Origin: an uncultured Anaerolineales bacterium
Lineage (GTDB): Bacteria; Chloroflexota; Anaerolineae; UBA7937
NCBI GenBank assembly: GCA_964383935.1
Contig: CAYLIE010000001.1
Span: forward strand, 148,543-212,542
Length of the DNA: 64,000 nucleotides
Direction of reading: 5' to 3'
Within the stretch, counting starts at the first letter, position 1; the number at the start of each line of letters is the position of its first letter. A program made the translations under genes and the position numbers. Below, piece after piece: positions 56,974 through 64,000 of this stretch. A model generated the notes under the pieces. That model was given only the letters and a program-made list of their open reading frames with translations. It did no database searches and had not been told where the DNA came from.

Positions 56974-57933
56974 ATGGCCGAGACCCTTTTGCGTATCGAG
57001 GATCTTGAGGTTCGCTACGCTACTCGGGCTGGGGTGGTGAAAGCGGTGGACAGGGTGGAGTTTGAGATGGAGAGGGGGGAGACCTTAGGGCTGGTAGGGG
57101 AATCTGGATGCGGTAAATCTACGTTAGGTTTCTCCATCTTGAGACTCGTCCCTCCACCGGGCAGGATTGTGGGGGGAGATATTATTTTCGCTGGTGAGGA
57201 TCTGCTGAAGAAGGACAAAGAAGAGATGAGGAGGATCAGGGGGAGCAGGATCTCTATGATCTTTCAGGATCCCATGACTTGCCTTGATCCCCTACAGAGG
57301 ATCGGCGATCACATCGTGGAGACCATTACTACTCATGATCAGGGGGTTAAAAGAGCCGAGGCCTGGAAGAGGGCGGAGGAGATGCTAGATAGGTTGGGGA
57401 TAGACCTCTCTCGGCTAGAGGATTATCCCCATCAGCTCTCCGGAGGGATGAGACAGCGGGTCATGATCGCCCTGGCTCTCATTCTCAACTCGGAATTGGT
57501 CATCGCTGATGAGCCCACTACCTCGTTAGATGTCATCGTTGAGGCCCAGATATTAGACCTCCTTAAACAATTAAAGGAGGATTATGAGTTGACTCTGATC
57601 CTGATCACGCACAATATGGGGATCGTTGCTGAACTGGCTGATCGGGTGGCGGTGATGTATGCGGCCAAACTGGTGGAGGTGGCTAAGGCTATACCTCTCT
57701 ACGAAGAAGCGATGCACCCTTACACTCAGGGTCTCCTGCGTTCTATCCCCAACATAAGCCTCACAGAACAGGTGCTGGCTACTATGCCCGGCTCGCCGCC
57801 GGATCTCATCGAGCTACCGACTGGCTGCCGCTTCCATCCCCGCTGCCCCTGTGCCATGGAGAAGTGCACCGATATTGAACCACCTATGAAAGAGGTTGCG
57901 AACGGGCACCAGGTGGCGTGTTGGCTGTACTGA
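56974..57933 (+). CDS. ABC transporter ATP-binding protein (OppD/DppD-like)
   Basis: GESGCGKST Walker A, LSGGMRQR ABC signature, and a C-terminal oligopeptide-type Cys motif. Confidence 0.85.
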   Translation: MAETLLRIEDLEVRYATRAGVVKAVDRVEFEMERGETLGLVGESGCGKSTLGFSILRLVPPPGRIVGGDIIFAGEDLLKKDKEEMRRIRGSRISMIFQDPMTCLDPLQRIGDHIVETITTHDQGVKRAEAWKRAEEMLDRLGIDLSRLEDYPHQLSGGMRQRVMIALALILNSELVIADEPTTSLDVIVEAQILDLLKQLKEDYELTLILITHNMGIVAELADRVAVMYAAKLVEVAKAIPLYEEAMHPYTQGLLRSIPNISLTEQVLATMPGSPPDLIELPTGCRFHPRCPCAMEKCTDIEPPMKEVANGHQVACWLY

Positions 57934-58194
57934 GGCTTTTGGGCTTGAGAGAGGTGTGAAGGTGAAACCTCTTCTAGTTTTGCCAGCGTTAGTTGGTTTA
58001 TTGCTTATCATCTGGGGAGGTATCCTGGCGCCCGAAACGGAGATGGGGCGCAAGCTGTACAGGCAACCAGCACGTCAACTCCCGAGGTAACAAAGCCCGG
58101 TTATACCAGCTATTCAGGATATTACCGCATGCGGTGCTGGCCTGCCTGCCACACCAAAGATATACCTGAGTCCATAAAGAAGGCTCATTGAAGC

Positions 58195-59193
58195 ATGCGA
58201 GGGAGAATGAACGACAACTTGGTCGAGGTCCGTGGCCTGAAGAAATGGTTTCCTGTGCAAACGAGCTTTGTCGAAACCATCCTCGCCCGTAGGATTGACT
58301 ACGTGCGTGCCGTGGATGGCATCAGCTTCGACATCAGGCGAGGCGAGGTCTTCGGGTTGGCTGGCGAGAGTGGCAGCGGAAAGACCACCACTGGGCGGCT
58401 GATCCTGCGCCTCATCGAGCCTACAAAGGGGGAGATCTTCTTCGACGGGACGAACGTGCTGACTGTGAACGGCGATGAGATGCGCAGGCTCCGTCAGCGG
58501 ATGCAGTTGATCTTCCAAGACCCCTATGCCTCTTTGAACCCCCGCATGAAGATCGGGGCGGCGATAGGGCACGCCCTGGAGATCCACGGTATGGCCAAAG
58601 GCCAAGAGGAGAGAGATCTGGTCATTCAGATGATGGAGAGGGTTGGTTTGACCCCCGCGGCAACACTATATGAGAAGTATCCCCATCAACTCTCAGGTGG
58701 ACAAAGACAGCGGGCGGTGATAGCCAGGGCTTTGATCTTACACCCAGCTCTCATCGTCGCCGATGAGCCTATAGCGATGGCTGATGTATCGGTAAGAGCC
58801 CTCATCCTTCATCTGATGATGGAGTTGAAGGAGGAGTTCGACCTTACCTATCTCTTCATTACCCACGATCTAGCCACAGCCAAATACATCTGCGATAGGA
58901 TCGCTATCATGTACCTGGGGAAGATAGTAGAATTGGGACCTCTGAGAGAGGTCTACTCCCATCCCAGGCACCCCTATACTGAGGCCCTCTTATCCGCCGT
59001 GCCCGTCCCCAACCCCAGAGCCCAGCGGGAGCATATCCTTCCCAAGGGCGAGATCCCCAGTCCTATCACCCCCCCCTCGGGCTGCCGGTTCCATCCTCGT
59101 TGTCCATACGTTATGGAGATCTGCTCGAAAGATGAGCCCAGGTTCGCTGGCACAGAGAATGGCCATTTGGTGGCTTGTCATCTGAGAAGATAA
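58195..59193 (+). CDS. ABC transporter ATP-binding protein (OppF/DppF-like)
   Basis: GESGSGKTT, LSGGQRQR and a C-terminal CRFHPRCP motif. Confidence 0.85.
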   Translation: MRGRMNDNLVEVRGLKKWFPVQTSFVETILARRIDYVRAVDGISFDIRRGEVFGLAGESGSGKTTTGRLILRLIEPTKGEIFFDGTNVLTVNGDEMRRLRQRMQLIFQDPYASLNPRMKIGAAIGHALEIHGMAKGQEERDLVIQMMERVGLTPAATLYEKYPHQLSGGQRQRAVIARALILHPALIVADEPIAMADVSVRALILHLMMELKEEFDLTYLFITHDLATAKYICDRIAIMYLGKIVELGPLREVYSHPRHPYTEALLSAVPVPNPRAQREHILPKGEIPSPITPPSGCRFHPRCPYVMEICSKDEPRFAGTENGHLVACHLRR

Positions 59194-59451
59194 CTTATAC
59201 AGGGCCGCCTCTCGATTCAAGTGGTACCGTTCCTCCAGGCCATGGTAGGCACCCAGGGCTCCGATCCCCAAGATGCAGAGGAAGAGAGCGATGGCCAAAA
59301 GGAGGAGCGCTATATACCATCCTCGGCCTGGGGAAGCGGCCTTCCTCTCTACCCCTTGCCCGCAGCGGGGACAGAAGAGATCATCGGCGGCGATGGTTAT
59401 GCCGCAGCGGGCACAGAATAGTGGCTCCTCGGGCCAAGAATAGGGTTCCAA
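58990..59451 (-). CDS. Zinc-ribbon membrane protein; its C-terminal 67 codons run antisense to the oppF-like gene end
   Basis: The N-terminus has two CxxC pairs (CARCG, CPRCG) followed by a TM helix YIALLLLAIALFLCILGIGALGAY. The 3-prime third may be a fortuitous read-through in a GC-rich antisense frame. Confidence 0.4.
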   Translation of the reverse strand: MEPYSWPEEPLFCARCGITIAADDLFCPRCGQGVERKAASPGRGWYIALLLLAIALFLCILGIGALGAYHGLEERYHLNREAALYKLSSQMTSHQMAILCASEPGLIFRADLHNVWTTRMEPAARGGGDRTGDLALGKDMLPLGSGVGDGHGG

Positions 59452-59455
59452 AGGC

Positions 59456-61372
59456 TCATTCCTTATACTGAGCGATGTTCTCCCCCCCAGGTCCTAAGAG
59501 GCGAAGGATAAAGGGGCCAGATGCACCTGTCGGTATCTCGCGCCGATACGGTTGCGAGGGGCTTATAGTTACCGTCTTACGATGGATCTCTTGACCGTCC
59601 AGAAGGAGGGAGATCGTGGCCTGCTCCGAGGAGGTGGTGGCCACCCCCAGAACTACCCTCCCCTCCCTTACATCGAGGTTGAGGGCCGCTCTCCGGTTGG
59701 CAAAGTCTAGCCCTCCCGTCCCCCAGAAGGGGTACCAATATTCGACCCACTCCTTGGCCTCTCCAGGCGCTAAAGTGGCGTACTCCCAGAAGGTGGGGGT
59801 GGCGCCGCCCCAGATCTCGAAATATTGGCTGCCATCGTCAGTATAGGTATCGGTATAGGGGAAACCGCTCCCCATAGCGAAGAGTTTCACCCCTGGGGCT
59901 TCTTGACAGGGAAAAATGCGCGCCACGCCTAGATCCGTCTCATGATTGTAGGCCCCTACGAAATTTCGGCTCGATTGGGGGATAAAGAGGCCCAGATGAC
60001 TTACCCAGTTGCCGTACCAACTCATATCTTGCCCTTCATAGAGCGGCCAGCTCATCGTCTCTCCCGCTTGGGGGAGGTTTGGGTCTCCGCCGCCATGAAC
60101 GATCACCTGGGAGGTGGGGTAAATGAATCTCGTCTCTGGAGATATGGTCTTGCTCCCCAAGGTCAAAAGGGCGTTGCTCCAAAATTGATACCGGGCTTCT
60201 ATTGAGGTTGGGTTCTCGATATGAGGCCTGAGGATGAAGTAAGCCCTGCCAGGGAGAAGGGATATATCGATCTTAACCTTCAACCTATCGGTTTCGGTAT
60301 CCCAGAGAGAAAGAGTGATGCCTCCTTCCTTATACCCTATCGAATACTCCCAGGGTGTTCCCCACTCGTAGCCATGCTCATCTGTGGGGAATGCCCATTC
60401 CATCCCCCCCGCGGCCAGCCACCAGTTCTCCTCCCTAGAGAGGGGGCCCCAATAGGAGGGTTTTAGCACCGGGTTTTCATAGAAGAGGTTCTGGCCGGTA
60501 GGCTTGAAGAGACATTTGTAGATCCGTCCTCCCAACTCCGGAACTATAGTGAGTCTTAGATATTCGTTCTCTAGGATGATCGCTTTGAAACTCTTGAGGG
60601 CCAGGGTATGGGAGGCTGATTCGTAGGCAGCCCGGTCCAGCCATAGGTAAGGGATCCTATATTCGGTATCAAAAGCCTCACGGAGGTAGGCTTCGTAAGG
60701 ATAGGAGGGGATGGTGATCTCGGTTTCCTGTACCGTCACCCGAGCGACTAGGGAGGTCGGTTGGGGGGTAGCCGCAGGTATCGTTGTCGTAGGTGTAACC
60801 GTAGCCATCTCCACCCTAGCGATCACTATCTCCACTTCTGCCTGCCCCATGTTCTCTTCTTCATCGTAGCCCCGACCTGCCAGAAGGTGCTCCCCTGGAA
60901 CCGAAGAGGTATCCCAGAGGTAAAAGAGAGAGTCGCCAGGGGATTCGTAAACAACGGCTTCATCGATGAGAAGTTCGAGCCTCTTCACCCCCTCGTTGTC
61001 TGAAGCGGTTAGCATGATCTCCAGTTGTGCACCCTCCTCGACTTGGGCGGGCAGGGGGGAGAGGCTCAGGGTCGGGGGGGCTATGTCCTTGAGTTTTCCT
61101 CGCAGGGTTTCCTCTTGATCCAAGGTGAGTTCTCGTTCGAAAGTCTCATATCCCTCCTTCTCCACCTGCACCTTATAGGTCCCAAGGGGGAGCGTGAGAG
61201 TGAGGGGCGTCTGCCCCTTCGGAATCCCATCGACCGTGACAGTGGAACCCCAGGGGGAGAGGTAAATCTCCAGGGTAGTCAAGGCCGCAGCGCTTCTCGG
61301 AGGTGTAGCGGTGCGGCAGGAAGCGAGCAGGAAGAGAAGAGACAAAAGGATAAAGAGCCCTTTTCCTCGCAT
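59456..61372 (-). CDS. Secreted lipoprotein with a PEGA domain and a large C-terminal domain of unknown function
   Basis: Lipobox LLASC, then the PEGA-like beta-sandwich TVTVDGIPKGQTPLTLTLPLGTYKVQVEKEGYETF. The remaining 450 aa is Trp/Tyr-rich and no family was recognised. Confidence 0.55.
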   Translation of the reverse strand: MRGKGLFILLSLLFLLASCRTATPPRSAAALTTLEIYLSPWGSTVTVDGIPKGQTPLTLTLPLGTYKVQVEKEGYETFERELTLDQEETLRGKLKDIAPPTLSLSPLPAQVEEGAQLEIMLTASDNEGVKRLELLIDEAVVYESPGDSLFYLWDTSSVPGEHLLAGRGYDEEENMGQAEVEIVIARVEMATVTPTTTIPAATPQPTSLVARVTVQETEITIPSYPYEAYLREAFDTEYRIPYLWLDRAAYESASHTLALKSFKAIILENEYLRLTIVPELGGRIYKCLFKPTGQNLFYENPVLKPSYWGPLSREENWWLAAGGMEWAFPTDEHGYEWGTPWEYSIGYKEGGITLSLWDTETDRLKVKIDISLLPGRAYFILRPHIENPTSIEARYQFWSNALLTLGSKTISPETRFIYPTSQVIVHGGGDPNLPQAGETMSWPLYEGQDMSWYGNWVSHLGLFIPQSSRNFVGAYNHETDLGVARIFPCQEAPGVKLFAMGSGFPYTDTYTDDGSQYFEIWGGATPTFWEYATLAPGEAKEWVEYWYPFWGTGGLDFANRRAALNLDVREGRVVLGVATTSSEQATISLLLDGQEIHRKTVTISPSQPYRREIPTGASGPFILRLLGPGGENIAQYKE

Positions 61373-61428
61373 TGGAAGCGATTATAGCCTCTTTCCTTCC
61401 CCCTGTCTAGTTGCCACCTTGACAAGAG

Positions 61429-63376
61429 ATGGTGTACACTTTTCTTGAGATGTTCAGAGAGATCATGGAAGCGGTAGGAGAGGAGTTCTCGGGGCTGGCT
61501 GCCCATCGGTATGTAGGGGAGATCATACAGTATCATCGCCTTCAGGCCAGCCCCGGTTACCGGCGGGCGGCGGAGCATGCCTACCAGAAGTTGTTGGATT
61601 GTGGGTTGGAGGCCGAGATCCTGGGTTATCCGGCCAGAGAAGGGGTCACCTTCTGGGCCCAACCCTCCTTCCAGGAGTGGGAAGCGAGAGAGGGGGTATT
61701 GCACCTCCTCGAGCCGGAGACTCGGAAATTGGCCGACTATCGGGAGATCAAACTCTCTCTCATCCAACGGAGCGCTCCCTTCGAGGGGGAGGCGGAAATC
61801 GTGCTCTTGGAGGATGGGCTGGAGGTGGAGGAGTATGAAGGATTGGATCTGGAAGGCAAGGTGGTGCTCACCAAGGGCGATGTGAGAAGGGTTCGCTATC
61901 TGGCTGTGGAGAAGGGGGGAGCGGTGGGCATCATCTACGACGGGATAAAGGGGTTGTCTGGCCTGGAGCATCGCCTCGATAACGCCCTTCAGTACACATC
62001 TTTCTGGTGGTATGGAGAGGAGAGGAAGTGCTTCGGCTTCGTGCTCTCACCCCAAGAAGGGGAGCAGCTCCGACGATCGATTAAGGCTCTGAGAGGATCG
62101 GTGGCTAAGGTCCGAGCTAAGGTGATAAGCCGCTTCTGGGATGGCAGCCTAGAGGTGGTATCGGCCTTTTTGCCGGGAGAGAGCGATGAGGAGGCGTTAG
62201 TGGTGGCTCATCTCTGCCACCCTCAATGGTCGGCCAACGACAACGCTTCCGGCTCGGCGACTCTCTTGGAGGTGGCCCGTACCCTGCATAGACTAACCCT
62301 TAGGGGCAGACTCAAGAGGCCTAGACGGAGTATCCGCTTCCTTTTGGTCCCAGAGTTGACTGGAACCTACGCCTACCTTGCAGCCCATGAGGAGAGGCTA
62401 CCCCAGATGATCGCCGGCCTCAATCTGGATATGGTGGGAGAGAGCCAAGAACTTTGCGGGAGCACCTTGGTGGTGGAGCGGCTTCCCGGGTCCACCTCTG
62501 CTTTCTCAGGGGACCTCTTAGAGCGGCTGTTAGAGGCGGTGGCCGAGGATACCTCAGGATATGCCGGAGCGAGGGGTTGCCCCTCCTTTCGGTATGGTAG
62601 CGCCCCCTTCTCGGGGGGGTAGCGATCATATTATCCTCTCCGATCCGGCGGTGGGGGTCCCCTCTCCCCTTCTCATCCAATGGCCGGACAGGTTCTATCA
62701 TACCAGCCTCGATACTCAGGATAAGGTGGATCCTCAGATGTTGGCCCGGGTGGGCAAAGTGGCAGGTACTTATGCCTATTTCTTGGCCTTGGCCGGGTGC
62801 GAAGAGGCCACCTGGCTGGTCTGGGAGATGCTGACCCGTTTCAAGGGGAGGTTGGTGCGCCTGGTGCAGGAGGAGAGAAGGGGAGGGAGAGCATTAGTTA
62901 GGAAGGTCGGTTGCCTTCAAAACCAGACTGTTAGGGGTTTGCGCTCTCTCCGACGGCTAGCAGATATAGAGTTGAAGGGGTTTGAGAGCCAGCTCTCTGC
63001 TTTCACCCGGCGAGAATTGAGGAACGTTCCAGGGTTGAGGAGCCAGGAGGAGGTGAAGCCCATGGAAAATAAGTGGGAGGAGGAAGCCTGGCGGCTAGTA
63101 CCCAATCGCCTTTACAAAGGGCCCATTGGTGTAACTCCGTACCTTCGTCGTTTGGGCCCTGAAGACCGAGAGAGGTGGTGGCGATTAGAGCACAGGTATG
63201 GCAACGCCCTGCGGTATCTCTTGCCCCTCACCCTATACTGGGCCGATGGAGAAAGAACCTTGCATGAGATAGTCGACTTGGTAGAGATGGAGACGGGAAA
63301 GAGAGCGACCGAACTTCTGGTTACCTACTGCCGAACGCTAAGCGATCTGGGGTTGCTCGCCCTACTGGGAAGATAA
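61429..63376 (+). pseudogene. M28-peptidase-like (aminopeptidase-like/DUF4910-type) protein, split by a frameshift in G/C homopolymer runs (or a sequencing error)
   Basis: Frame 1 (61429-62622) contains HLCHPQWSANDNASGSA, an M28 metal-ligand motif. Frame 2 (from 62561) continues PPFGMVAPPSRGGSDHIILSDP ... WPDRFYHTSLDT, the downstream M28 motifs. The frames overlap in GAGGGGTTGCCCCTCC. Confidence 0.5.
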
Positions 63377-63452
63377 CCTTTTGGTTTATGGCACCAGCGA
63401 TGCTATAATTTTTGAGGCGAATGTTCTCGACTTTGAAGGAGAAACCCTCTAT

Positions 63453-64000
63453 ATGTATCTTCGTCCCGAAAGGAAGGGGAATCCACTTCTCAGGTGGTCG
63501 CTCATTGTGGCTATTATCGTCGCTGCGGCAGGACTCTACCTGGTTAAGCAAAGGCCAGAACTGGTGGGTCAGGAATCGACCCCCCAGGCTGTAGAGACGG
63601 CAGAAGAGCACTTAAGGAACGGGGACGCTCTCTTTGCCCAGGGCGAGATAGACAAGGCTTTGGCGGAGTATGAACGGGCGACGGAGATCGACCCTGAAAG
63701 CGCCACGGCTTATGCCCGTTGGGGGAAACTTCTGGCTATCAGGCGGCGGTATTCGGAGGCCGTGGAAAAGAACAAGAAGGCTGTACAGTTGGACCCTGGA
63801 GATGCCGAGGGGTACGCCCTTTTGGCCATGGCCCTCGATTGGAAGGGGGAGTACGATGAGGCTATCCAGGCGGCGCTACGAGCCATAGAGATCGACCCTG
63901 GATATGGGGAGGCCTACGCCTATTTGGCTGCCGCCTATGCTGACAAAGATCGATACGATGAAGCCTTGGAGAACGCCCAGATAGCCATCCAGTTGGATGA
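63453..64000 (+). CDS. TPR-repeat protein with an N-terminal TM anchor; the 3-prime end lies outside the window
   Basis: It is open from the ATG at 63453 to the window end, so it is absent from the stop-delimited ORF track. At least four 34-residue TPR units of the type AEAYARWGKLLAIRRRYSEAVEKNKKAVQLDP. A promoter-like TTGGTT-17-TGCTATAAT lies upstream. Confidence 0.6.
   Translation, partial: MYLRPERKGNPLLRWSLIVAIIVAAAGLYLVKQRPELVGQESTPQAVETAEEHLRNGDALFAQGEIDKALAEYERATEIDPESATAYARWGKLLAIRRRYSEAVEKNKKAVQLDPGDAEGYALLAMALDWKGEYDEAIQAALRAIEIDPGYGEAYAYLAAAYADKDRYDEALENAQIAIQLD

Noticed and set aside
1-64000. CRISPR arrays, rRNA genes, transposases and IS elements
   Set aside because: No regularly spaced direct repeats, no rRNA-like conserved stretches, and no DDE, HUH or serine-recombinase motifs in any ORF. 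The only tRNA found is tRNA-Leu(GAG) at 6952-7034.

Overview
This is a 64-kb chromosomal segment of a moderately high-GC bacterium (about 58-62% GC in core genes). It uses leaderless or short-leader starts and many GTG/TTG start codons. Gene content points to a Chloroflexota-like organism: PdxST, a Ycf45-type R3H ATPase, and a mevalonate operon containing isopentenyl phosphate kinase. The phylum guess is inference only.

Gene order from start to end:
- An amino-sugar catabolic cluster: GH4 6-phospho-glycosidase, BadF-type GlcNAc kinase, PfkB kinase, NagB, and an AAC(3)-family acetyltransferase.
- A 1.35-kb lower-GC non-coding tract ending at a tRNA-Leu(GAG) gene on the minus strand.
- An HtrA-like lipoprotein protease and a frameshifted degV.
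- plsX-fabF, a NERD protein, and two gene remnants: a BNR-repeat fragment and a galactokinase 3-prime fragment.
- A small tetraheme c-type cytochrome lipoprotein and an M50 site-2 protease.
- pdxS-pdxT, a Ycf45-like ATPase, tmk, remA-gmk, a MEMO1-family protein, and an RRM protein.
- A low-GC three-gene cassette (TIGR04255-like, unknown, HEPN-like) immediately upstream of priA.
- A hicB-hicA pair inserted behind priA and flanked by a 36-bp duplicate of the priA 3-prime end.
- A Mut7-C RNase gene, then an alternative-mevalonate-pathway operon: mvk, bicupin, decarboxylase, ipk.
- rtcA, RNase Z, a frameshifted DUF429 gene, gatC-gatA ... gatB, a sugar nucleotidyltransferase, an aminotransferase, gdh, rlmD, def.
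- An AI-2E transporter, a P-type ATPase, and pnp-rpsO on the minus strand.
- An Opp/Dpp-type ABC transporter operon whose first permease carries a large inserted periplasmic domain.
- A zinc-ribbon membrane protein, a PEGA lipoprotein, a frameshifted M28-like peptidase, and a TPR protein cut by the window end.

No CRISPR array, rRNA gene or recognisable transposase was seen. The most system-like candidates are the low-GC cassette at 24.99-26.68 kb and the hicBA mini-insertion with its priA-end duplication.
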